DNA of 49,743 bases from a virus, in IMG/VR virus record IMGVR_UViG_3300045988_138037; one strand, given 5' to 3'. Below are positions 27,924-35,886 of this stretch, in pieces. The notes beneath the pieces were generated by a model, which made no database searches, was not told the origin of the DNA, and saw only the letters and a program-made list of their open reading frames with translations. Numbering within the stretch: position 1 is the first letter of the stretch; each line of letters begins with the position of its first letter. Position numbers and translations under genes: made by a program.

Positions 27924-28435
27924 GTTTTCTCCTTTAATAGTAAATTTATAAAATTATTTATATCAAGCCCCGACACTTCTCTGTTTCTAACAGTATTTAA
28001 CACGTTGGACTTAATTAACTCATTATTTGGATTGGCAAAATAGGTAATTATCTCCAATCCTTCTCCTTCATTATACTTCATTTTTAAAAACTCTTCAACA
28101 CTTTTAAAATGTATTGGTACTGCTTTTTCTTTAACTCTATGAAACATATCTAAGTTATGATTTTTACCTATAAATCCTTTGGAACAGGTCATAGACGCAT
28201 CAAGTACCCTTAAAAAGTGTTCAGAGTTATGAAGTATATACAAAGCACCATATACTCTGTTATATTTGTTTGTCTTTTTTAACTCGTTTTCTTTTAGTGC
28301 ATAATATTTTCCTTTAATATCATACATTATCGCACCTTCTATGTACCCAAAGCATATAAATTCTAGTGGTAGTTTGAGCTTCTTTTGGTAATCCTCATCA
28401 AGAAGCTCGTTATATAAAAAGACTACTCTTCGCAT
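27920..28435 (-). CDS. Hypothetical protein (weak gamma-glutamyl-cyclotransferase/AIG2-like pattern)
   Basis: VVFLYNELLD ... VYGALYIL spacing is reminiscent of the GGCT fold; not decisive. Confidence 0.25.
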   Translation of the reverse strand: MRRVVFLYNELLDEDYQKKLKLPLEFICFGYIEGAIMYDIKGKYYALKENELKKTNKYNRVYGALYILHNSEHFLRVLDASMTCSKGFIGKNHNLDMFHRVKEKAVPIHFKSVEEFLKMKYNEGEGLEIITYFANPNNELIKSNVLNTVRNREVSGLDINNFINLLLKEKT

Positions 28436-28626
28436 TCTATAACTTCATCATCTTCGTGTTTATCATATTTAGATTGAATACGCTCTAAACTATCTAAACC
28501 TTGTTTTATATCACGAAGTTCTTGTTTTTTGTTTTTTAATTCAGTTTCCATTTCCTCTATTTGGTCTGCTAGTTTTTCAAACATATCTGTTAATGATTTT
28601 ATTTGACTTTTAAACATTTTCAACAC
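28423..28626 (-). CDS. Hypothetical coiled-coil protein
   Basis: 67-aa ORF translationally coupled to its neighbours. Confidence 0.45.
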   Translation of the reverse strand: MLKMFKSQIKSLTDMFEKLADQIEEMETELKNKKQELRDIKQGLDSLERIQSKYDKHEDDEVIECEE

Positions 28627-28843
28627 TCTCCTTTGACATATTCTTATCTATTTCTTTTATTAAATCCTCTATTAACTCTTCTATTTTACATATTGTTCTT
28701 GCTAACTCTATTTCTGAATTAGTATCTTCAATCATTCCTTTGAATATTTCAGTACAAACACTTTCTACATTCATTATTTCCTTCTCTGTGTTAAATTTTA
28801 ATTCAATCTTTAATAAATTTGCTTCTTTTATCATTTTACTCAT
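28610..28843 (-). CDS. Hypothetical protein
   Basis: 77-aa ORF with coupled overlaps. Confidence 0.45.
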   Translation of the reverse strand: MSKMIKEANLLKIELKFNTEKEIMNVESVCTEIFKGMIEDTNSEIELARTICKIEELIEDLIKEIDKNMSKESVENV

Positions 28844-29087
28844 TCTCCTTTAATCTTGATTTGATTTCTACTAATTCAAGCAGTTTTTCGTGTGGTAATC
28901 TAACCAATATTCCTGCTTGTTTTAACCAACTATTTACTGTGTGATAGTGTATATTTAGTTTTTCTGCTATCTCACGTATTGATTTGCCTTCTTCAATGTA
29001 TAAGGTGTGTAACAACTCTTCTATGCACACACCTTCAACCATTTCAATATACTTCATAGATAAAGTTTTATTCTTTATCTCTTTCAA
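28836..29087 (-). CDS. Small HTH DNA-binding protein
   Basis: GKSIREIAEKLNIHYHTVNSWLKQAG helix-turn-helix. Confidence 0.6.
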   Translation of the reverse strand: MKEIKNKTLSMKYIEMVEGVCIEELLHTLYIEEGKSIREIAEKLNIHYHTVNSWLKQAGILVRLPHEKLLELVEIKSRLKENE

Positions 29088-29091
29088 TATA

Positions 29092-29769
29092 TCACCCCCA
29101 AGTTTGTGTCATTACTATTTCATTACTGAAATCTAGTATAGTTTCATTATATACTGTTTCACCATTTATGTAATTAAGTAACTTCCATATAGCGTGTGAT
29201 GTTATCGCTAATGCACTTGGTAAAACTGTTTGAGAAACTCCACAAGCACTTACTTCTGCCTCATCATCACTATAAAATGTTTGTTCATACATCTTTGTTT
29301 GTTCTCTGTTTTTCGGGTCAACTACATATATCCTACCTCCACGTAAATCCATACGTGTTTCTATTAACAAATCAATAGAAGGGTTATTTTTTATAGCTCT
29401 GTTATATATATCTTTTCTTGATTTCATAGTATCTGTAAGCATAAATACTATACCTTGCATTGGAACAGAGCCGTCTACCTTCTCATTTCTTGCATTTACA
29501 GTAAAGCCTGTGAATAACTTTATTATATTACGTATTGATAGAGCTTTGTTTCTATCTATATCTCTAACTCCAAACATCTGATTTGGTAAATTGTGCATAC
29601 CAACTTCATCAAAATCGTATATATGTAAGTTACTTAATCCCATTTTTGCAAGTGAGAAAGCAATCCAACTTCCTGTTGCTCCTGCACCTATTATATTTAT
29701 TTTAGTATTAAACTCCTCTGGGTTTAATATGTTGATTTGACGACTAAAATCATCCATTATTCTTGACAT
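29092..29769 (-). CDS. Minimal ThiF/MoeB-type E1-like adenylyltransferase
   Basis: Rossmann GxGxxG INIIGAGATGSWIAFSLAKMG, then IYDFDEVGMHNLPNQMF (D-x-D..NL.RQ-like) and LTDTMKSR. Confidence 0.7.
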   Translation of the reverse strand: MSRIMDDFSRQINILNPEEFNTKINIIGAGATGSWIAFSLAKMGLSNLHIYDFDEVGMHNLPNQMFGVRDIDRNKALSIRNIIKLFTGFTVNARNEKVDGSVPMQGIVFMLTDTMKSRKDIYNRAIKNNPSIDLLIETRMDLRGGRIYVVDPKNREQTKMYEQTFYSDDEAEVSACGVSQTVLPSALAITSHAIWKLLNYINGETVYNETILDFSNEIVMTQTWG

Positions 29770-29796
29770 CTATATCTCTCCTTTAATTCTTTTTTT

Positions 29797-30090
29797 TTAT
29801 TTTCTATATTTTCTAACATTATATATGTTTATACTTATATCACATATACCTAAAACCTTTATTTCTTCTTTCAAACTGTTGTGTATTACATCATTTACAT
29901 ATATATCAGTTTCTGTAATTTTGATAATATCTGTTATGTTTATAGCTGATTTCATTGTGTTATCATAATCATATATAAACAAACTTGGTTCTTCGCCCGA
30001 TTTTTGTAATAACACATAATCACCTTGATATATTTTACCAAATTCTTCTTCTCTATAACTTGCATCAAATTTTATATTTACTTTACTCAT
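29797..30090 (-). CDS. Hypothetical protein upstream of the E1-like gene
   Basis: SD aagagga; 97 aa. Confidence 0.5.
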   Translation of the reverse strand: MSKVNIKFDASYREEEFGKIYQGDYVLLQKSGEEPSLFIYDYDNTMKSAINITDIIKITETDIYVNDVIHNSLKEEIKVLGICDISINIYNVRKYRK

Positions 30091-30147
30091 TGTTATATCC
30101 TCTTAAAAATATTAAATAAACGTTATGCTTCCTTTAAAATTTTGAAT

Positions 30148-30321
30148 TTAATCCATATTCTTGTGTCTATCTAGCAACAAAGCCATATGTTTTATTTGAA
30201 TTGGATTTTTAAAATCTTTAGCATACAAATTTCTATACTCGCCAGTATGTTTATTTACAACCATAATAAAACTATCTGACTCCATTCTAAGTATCCAATC
30301 TCCCCATTTACCTATTTTCAT
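30148..30321 (-). CDS. Hypothetical small protein (57 aa; not in the ORF track)
   Basis: Strong SD aaggagg 6 nt before the ATG; MKIGKWGDWILRMESDSFIMVVNKHTGEYRNLYAKDF... Confidence 0.45.
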   Translation of the reverse strand: MKIGKWGDWILRMESDSFIMVVNKHTGEYRNLYAKDFKNPIQIKHMALLLDRHKNMD

Positions 30322-30337
30322 AATTTCCTCCTTATTT

Positions 30338-30502
30338 TTATTTAATAAAACGTATCTTAAAATACATTAATATCATAAATAAATTTATCAATAATTGACT
30401 TTTGTGTACAGTATTACTCTTAAATAAAAACAAAGTAAATAAGATATATAATATCGCAAATATATCTATTGGTTCTATTTTATTATTTTTTACTATTTTC
30501 AT
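30338..30502 (-). CDS. Hypothetical small membrane protein (54 aa; not in the ORF track)
   Basis: Strong SD aggagga; hydrophobic segment IDIFAILYILFTLFLF. Confidence 0.4.
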   Translation of the reverse strand: MKIVKNNKIEPIDIFAILYILFTLFLFKSNTVHKSQLLINLFMILMYFKIRFIK

Positions 30503-30511
30503 AACTTCCTC

Positions 30512-30736
30512 CTAATTTCTATTTAAAATACTTATTAATTCTTCTTTTTGTTTTAAACTTAAATTATAAACCTTTTCTATTTCTTCCTCCCACTTTTTAG
30601 GAGCACTCCTCTTTCCTGTTTCTATCATTGATAAAAAAGATGGAGTTACATTTAATTTTATAGCCATATCTTTAAGTAGTTCTCCGTTATCTATTCTCAA
30701 TTTTCTTAAGAATTTTCCAAATTCGGTAAGTTTCAC
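30512..30736 (-). CDS. XRE/Cro-type HTH transcriptional regulator
   Basis: FGKFLRKLRIDNGELLKDMAIKLNVTPSFLSMIETGKR. Confidence 0.8.
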   Translation of the reverse strand: MKLTEFGKFLRKLRIDNGELLKDMAIKLNVTPSFLSMIETGKRSAPKKWEEEIEKVYNLSLKQKEELISILNRN

Positions 30737-30766
30737 ACTATCACTTCCTTTAAAATTTTGATATTT

Positions 30767-30937
30767 TTATTCAATAATTTCTGATATTTGATTATATATA
30801 TCAATTAATAATTCATCAATTTCTTCTCTTTTATTGTTTAATTCTCCCAAAAATCCATTATATTCTTCCATTGAAAAATACAATAAGAATTGTTTTAATA
30901 ACTTTGATTTTTCATCTGTTAGAATTATCCTAACCAT
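30767..30937 (-). CDS. Hypothetical small protein (56 aa; not in the ORF track)
   Basis: Strong SD aggagga; MVRIILTDEKSKLLKQFLLYFSMEEYNGFLGEL... Confidence 0.4.
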   Translation of the reverse strand: MVRIILTDEKSKLLKQFLLYFSMEEYNGFLGELNNKREEIDELLIDIYNQISEIIE

Positions 30938-30960
30938 AATTTCCTCCTAAAACTCCTCTT

Positions 30961-31320
30961 TTAAACTAACAATTCTGGATTTTCGTATATATTTCCTATT
31001 ACTTTACACTTATTGTATATTTTACCTACAAAATAATCTCCTGCTCTATATATCCCAAAGTGATATTCTACTTTTTCAGTTATTATTTCATCTTCAACAT
31101 TTGAATAAAATTCAACTATATCGCCTTCGTATATCTCAGTTCCATTACTATCTTTAATGCCTGTGTATTGCATCAATGTATATAAATATAAAGGTCTTAC
31201 ATCATCTTTGGTGTTTACATAGCAATCATCTCCTAGATGTGAGTATGATACTATTAAATTATCTTGGTCATACATAATATTTTCTTCTTTATTCCATGCT
31301 CTAAATTTAATTTTTCTCAT
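30961..31320 (-). CDS. YopX-family protein
   Basis: KFRAWNKEENIMY ... LMQYTGIKDSNGTEIYEGDIV ... VIGNIYENPELL. Confidence 0.85.
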   Translation of the reverse strand: MRKIKFRAWNKEENIMYDQDNLIVSYSHLGDDCYVNTKDDVRPLYLYTLMQYTGIKDSNGTEIYEGDIVEFYSNVEDEIITEKVEYHFGIYRAGDYFVGKIYNKCKVIGNIYENPELLV

Positions 31321-31329
31321 AACTTCCTC

Positions 31330-32265
31330 CTATTGTATGTAACCTAAATAACTTAAATATTGATTTTCGTTATCTTTACAGTAACTTTCTATTAATATCT
31401 CAAGGTCTATCTCTTCATCTTGTGATAAGAATACTCCTAAATAATCTATAACACTAGAACCGTGTTCTATATAATACATACATTCAAATATATCTTCTGG
31501 TTCTAGCGAGTCAAATATCTCAAGCACTTTATTTTCCTCTTCTTTTTCGCTTGTTTTTTCGTTTTTTTTTGAGTAATTACCATATCCACTATAATCTGTG
31601 TAATCACTCCACCAACTATTACAAGTAGTTACGTTGTTTTTATTAACGTTGTAAGTCTTTTTAGTTACTTTATTACCTATTTCTGATTTGATAGAGTTTA
31701 TTAACTCCTCACTTGGGTCTATTCTTGTACAAATCATCTCTTCTATCTCTGCAATTTTTCTATATAAAGACTCTATTATTTCTGTATCTCCACCATAATT
31801 TATTTCATATGGTAGTTTCTCGTATATAACACCTGTTGTAAAGTCGTATAAATCTATTCTAAAATCACCACTTTTGTTTGCTATTATACGTATAAAGAAA
31901 TCTTCTTCATTTTCTGCGAACACTTCGATTTGCTTATCATCTTGACCAGAAGGTGTAGTAGGCATATTAACGTGAGAATGACCCCACACCTTCATATTAT
32001 TCCATATCTCTACACCATTTTCTTCGTATAACAAGTCCATAGCAAATTCATTAAGTCCTTCTGTTGTTATTTCTGTTGTAGTAGCGTGTACTTCTTGTCT
32101 AAATAAAAACACATCATCTATATAAAATACATTACCTACTCTTCTTGAAGTACCCAACCAACCTATTTCTAGGTCTGATTGGCGTACATACTCCTTCATC
32201 TTGTTCATAGCGTTTAAATTTATACTTATCTTTGGTGCAAATCTATCCATTAACTTAACATTCAT
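31330..32265 (-). CDS. JAB/MPN (JAMM) metallopeptidase with a C-terminal extension
   Basis: Complete JAMM signature: EIGWLG ... HSHVNMPTTPSGQD (H-x-H-x7-S-x2-D). Confidence 0.75.
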   Translation of the reverse strand: MNVKLMDRFAPKISINLNAMNKMKEYVRQSDLEIGWLGTSRRVGNVFYIDDVFLFRQEVHATTTEITTEGLNEFAMDLLYEENGVEIWNNMKVWGHSHVNMPTTPSGQDDKQIEVFAENEEDFFIRIIANKSGDFRIDLYDFTTGVIYEKLPYEINYGGDTEIIESLYRKIAEIEEMICTRIDPSEELINSIKSEIGNKVTKKTYNVNKNNVTTCNSWWSDYTDYSGYGNYSKKNEKTSEKEEENKVLEIFDSLEPEDIFECMYYIEHGSSVIDYLGVFLSQDEEIDLEILIESYCKDNENQYLSYLGYIQ

Positions 32266-32266
32266 A

Positions 32267-33706
32267 TTATAATTCCTCTCTTTCTTCTAACTCTTCTTCG
32301 TAACAATCTTCGCACATTCCTTCTTTTTCTTCTTGACAGTCTGTACAGTACGTATATCCACACTCTTTGCATTGAAATGTATCTTCTTTTCTTACTGCAT
32401 CTCCACATTCTGCACAATCTACAAACAGTTCTTCATAGCAATCTTCACAATACCATTTATCATTTGTGAAGTTCATTTCATCCTTTCTACACTCTTCACC
32501 ACACTCACAACAAGTTTCAATTAAGTCTGAATAACAATCATCACAATGCCATTCATTGTCTATTAAGCTCATTTCATCCTTTCTACACTCTTCACCACAC
32601 TCATAACAAGTTGCAATTAATTCACAATAACAATCATCACAGTAAACATCATCTCCATACCAAGTCATATCATTGTTATGTGCTTTTTCATCACAATTAT
32701 CACAACGGCTATAATCATTTTCATAACATCTTTCACATACATACATACTATTATTATCTATCCAATAAGCGTGGTCATCACACATATGGTCTCCACAATC
32801 TTCGCAATAAAATGCACTATCTTCATCTAATTCCTCATCACATATATGGCAAACTTTGCACTCTCTATCATATGGATTTTCTAAATCATTGCCTCCTTCG
32901 TCTATACAATCCCAATTACGTATGTATGCTCCTGCTGCATCATCTGTATTAACTTGTTGTAAGAAGTTTAAAACAACTATAAACGAAGCATATATCTCGT
33001 AGTTGTTCATATTCTCAACAAGCATAGACCCTGCACTACCCCAACACGCTTCTCCATTTTCTCCATTAACGTGTGGGTGTGGGTCTTTATCTGTCCAATA
33101 TGATTTTCTGTTATAATCCTCATCTAAACCATTTATATAACAAGTCATATCGTCAAAATCAAAACTTAAAAGATATTTATTACCTTTAAACTTGTTACCT
33201 TTCTCATCATATATATCTATGTAATCGGTTTTTATTTCAACTACTTTACCTGTTGGTCTCGCTACTGCACTTACTACATATTTATGGCTTAATATAGCTT
33301 CCATATCACTTGTATAATCTCTACCTTCACCTTCACTACTTAATACTTTTACTCTGCTCATCGCATTTTTGTATGAATTCCAAGCAACATCCATATATTC
33401 TTTATATCTTTTTATATCTCTAAGGTATTCTTGTTCTTCATTTTTAGCTCTTTCTAAAGCCTTTTTATTATCTTTCAAAGCTATCTCATTAAACGCTTTG
33501 CTTAACTCTTTAACTCTATCTTCCATTGTCTTTTCTTTCCTTTCAACTAATTCAAATCTTTCCATTAAATGTCTCTCACTTGGATACTCAACTAAATTCA
33601 TCCAACTGTTACTTAATATCTCTTTAACAGTAGCAGTATCTCCTACTACCATTTTCCCAGAATTTCCATATACTCTTCTAACCACATCTCCTACTTCAAA
33701 TATCAT
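32267..33706 (-). CDS. E2 (UBC)-like domain protein fused to a C-terminal array of CxxC zinc ribbons (RING-like)
   Basis: YLLSFDFDD...DPHPHVNGENGEACWGSAG resembles UBC HPN-x(5-7)-C. The C-terminal 200 aa carry about 15 CxxC pairs, including a 96-nt tandem duplication. Confidence 0.5.
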   Translation of the reverse strand: MIFEVGDVVRRVYGNSGKMVVGDTATVKEILSNSWMNLVEYPSERHLMERFELVERKEKTMEDRVKELSKAFNEIALKDNKKALERAKNEEQEYLRDIKRYKEYMDVAWNSYKNAMSRVKVLSSEGEGRDYTSDMEAILSHKYVVSAVARPTGKVVEIKTDYIDIYDEKGNKFKGNKYLLSFDFDDMTCYINGLDEDYNRKSYWTDKDPHPHVNGENGEACWGSAGSMLVENMNNYEIYASFIVVLNFLQQVNTDDAAGAYIRNWDCIDEGGNDLENPYDRECKVCHICDEELDEDSAFYCEDCGDHMCDDHAYWIDNNSMYVCERCYENDYSRCDNCDEKAHNNDMTWYGDDVYCDDCYCELIATCYECGEECRKDEMSLIDNEWHCDDCYSDLIETCCECGEECRKDEMNFTNDKWYCEDCYEELFVDCAECGDAVRKEDTFQCKECGYTYCTDCQEEKEGMCEDCYEEELEEREEL

Positions 33707-33858
33707 TTATACAACCTCCTAATATTGTATGATTTGGTATTGTAAGTGCTTATACACTTTAAAAAGAGCACAACAGGGTAAAAAATAAGTTTGATATGTA
33801 ATTTTGAAATATCCCCAACGGTATGCGTTGTGCTAAAATTAAAATGTATAAACAAGAA

Positions 33859-33876
33859 GGTCTACGTGTGTAGACC
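33859..33876 (-). terminator. Hairpin downstream of the Ubl gene (possible attenuating terminator)
   Basis: ggtctac-gtgt-gtagacc, followed on the minus strand by ttcttgtttat. Confidence 0.35.
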
Positions 33877-33889
33877 CTCTATTTATTTA

Positions 33890-34708
33890 TTAAGCATTTA
33901 TTTCTGCTATTAATCTTTGTAAGAACATTATTTTATTGTTTATAGCGTGAGCTTCTTCTATGTAAAATCTGTAAGACTTTTCTAAATCTTCTAGCTCTTT
34001 ATTTAAAACATCCATAGCTTTACTATCTTTTGACTCAACTTCTATTTCTCTTACATCAACTACTTCTTCTCTAACTTCTCTTATATCAACTACTTCTTCT
34101 CCATTAAACCCATCAACAATCTCGTTATAAACACTTAAAAACATATCTTCTTCAACTACTAATGTTTCATTACCAACTTCTATTTGTAAAAAGTTATCTC
34201 CACACATATTTATACTGTCTGTATTTATTACTTGTGGAAGTTTTACACCTAATAATATCGTTACTTCTTCTTGTGTACAATCTGTTTTTCTAAAACTAGC
34301 ATTACCTTTTATCATCTTCATAGCAACAAGTAAGTTACCATTGTTTATTCTTGTATCAAGTGCTACCTTCTCACCGTCTAATCTTACCTCGTGGTTAGAT
34401 ACACCTATATTAGCTCTTTCAAATATTTCGTAAGCAGTATCTCCTTCTGTGTACTCAACAACTTCTAATCTACCTGGCATCATACCAACCTTTATGTTTG
34501 GCATATTACCTTTTATCATTTTCATAGCAACTAATAAATTTCCATTGTGTATAGTTCTGTCTAAATCTATCTTTTCTCCGTCTAATCTTATTTCGTGATT
34601 AGATAACTCTACATCTGCTATTTCAAATATTTCTCTTGCAGTTGCTCCTTCGTTTGTAACTACCTCTACTAATCTACCTGGCATCATTCCTACTTTAATT
34701 TTTAACAT
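33890..34708 (-). CDS. Tandem ubiquitin-like (beta-grasp, ThiS/MoaD-like) domain protein with a C-terminal coiled-coil extension
   Basis: Two 68-aa repeats: (M)xKIKVGMMPGRL.VV...G.TA.EIFE.A.....NHE(I/V)RLDGEK..LD..I.NGNLLVAMKMIKGN. Confidence 0.6.
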   Translation of the reverse strand: MLKIKVGMMPGRLVEVVTNEGATAREIFEIADVELSNHEIRLDGEKIDLDRTIHNGNLLVAMKMIKGNMPNIKVGMMPGRLEVVEYTEGDTAYEIFERANIGVSNHEVRLDGEKVALDTRINNGNLLVAMKMIKGNASFRKTDCTQEEVTILLGVKLPQVINTDSINMCGDNFLQIEVGNETLVVEEDMFLSVYNEIVDGFNGEEVVDIREVREEVVDVREIEVESKDSKAMDVLNKELEDLEKSYRFYIEEAHAINNKIMFLQRLIAEINA

Positions 34709-34929
34709 TTCAATTTCCTCCTATCGTGAGCACGACGACTCACACCTAATATGATTTGTATTGTGTGGTATTGTTTAAATACCTAATTTCACCTACTTAC
34801 AACTCGTGTAAGTAAGCAATGTAGACACTTAAACGCTTTTGTTTTTATTCACAGGTCTTTCATTTTTATCTAACTCTGGAGCAGTTAGTATAGCGTGTAT
34901 TATAATCCACATACCTACTACCCAAGTTA

Positions 34930-35121
34930 TTAAAATAAACGTCCCAAACATCTGTCAATCACCCTACCTGTCTTATATAATATGTATGCTATAAATAAAT
35001 TAACGAAGTAAATAACCCAAGTAATAAAATTCATACCTAGATTAAATAATCCCATTTTTATAACTGTTATTGATGTGATACCTCCGTATATAAAAGGTAG
35101 TATAAACTCAAATCTCAACAT
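34930..35121 (-). CDS. Small two-TM membrane protein
   Basis: SD ggaggga; hydrophobic 63-aa ORF. Confidence 0.5.
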   Translation of the reverse strand: MLRFEFILPFIYGGITSITVIKMGLFNLGMNFITWVIYFVNLFIAYILYKTGRVIDRCLGRLF

Positions 35122-35179
35122 AGTTGTCTCCCTCCTGTATTCATAACTTAATATTTCTAAATTAATTTAATTAGAATTA

Positions 35180-35371
35180 TTAAATATATTCTAAAGTACA
35201 TTTCACTTTAACAATCTTAAATCCTCTATCTTTTCTTAAATCTTCAAAATAGCATTTTGCACTTTCTAAAGTGTTAAATCTAATTGCTTCACTTATATTT
35301 TCATTATTATCTCTCATAAAATTACTATTTATAAAATTATTACCTTCCATTATTGTATAAAACTCTTTCAC
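35180..35371 (-). CDS. Hypothetical small protein
   Basis: 63-aa ORF with SD ggagga. Confidence 0.45.
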   Translation of the reverse strand: MKEFYTIMEGNNFINSNFMRDNNENISEAIRFNTLESAKCYFEDLRKDRGFKIVKVKCTLEYI

Positions 35372-35535
35372 AACTATTTTCCTCCGACTTATTTATTTTC
35401 TATTGCACTTTCTTGTTCATTCTTATCACTTTCTTTATATTATAACAAATTCCATACATTTTTTATTATTTTTTTCTTTTTGGAACTTGTTTTTTATAAA
35501 TTATTTACACCCTTAGTCTGTTTTTTTTTATTTTT

Positions 35536-35830
35536 TTATGTTCGTATTAGGGAGCGGTAGCGACCGTCGTAATAAGGTAACAACAAGGCGATAAACTTGG
35601 TTGGAGCAAAGCGACGTGATGAAGTAAGTGAGGGGATTGTATATGATACGAATGAAGTATGTGTAAAAGGTGTGTATAAACGAAGAGAACGCACCGAAGA
35701 ACGTGGAAAGAACGTGAAAAAATACAAATCAAAGTAGCTTTGTTGATGCAATCAACACGTTTTGGTACTTTTGCGTTTCAAAAGTACATTCAGTAAAAGA
35801 AAGGGGAACGAACGTGAGTCTTTCCTCCTT
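35536..35830. ncRNA. GC-rich non-coding island; candidate structured RNA (strand not determined)
   Basis: Composition differs sharply from the flanks, with only overlapping short ORFs on both strands. Hairpins gttgat-gca-atcaac and gtacttttg-cgttt-caaaagtac. Three GAACG(T/C) repeats spaced about 12 nt apart. Confidence 0.3.
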
Positions 35831-35841
35831 TTAAGGGGGTT

Positions 35842-35880
35842 AAAATAAAAAAAGGGAGCAGAACTTAATCCACTCCCTTT
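35842..35880 (-). terminator. Rho-independent terminator after the 463-aa gene
   Basis: 8-bp stem aaagggag/ctcccttt with a 14-nt loop, followed on the minus strand by tttttttatttt. Confidence 0.6.
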
Positions 35881-35886
35881 GAAAAA

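Noticed and set aside
30512-30736. Lysogeny module, suggested by the XRE-type repressor-like gene
   Set aside because: No integrase, excisionase, attP-like tRNA fragment or divergent cI/cro pair was recognised anywhere in the closed genome. The XRE protein is more likely a lytic-cycle regulator.
32611-32952. 113-aa His-rich + strand ORF (HHSKHHLH...)
   Set aside because: It is antisense to the Cys/Asp-rich zinc-ribbon array, so the His richness mirrors the sense-strand codon bias. It has no SD.
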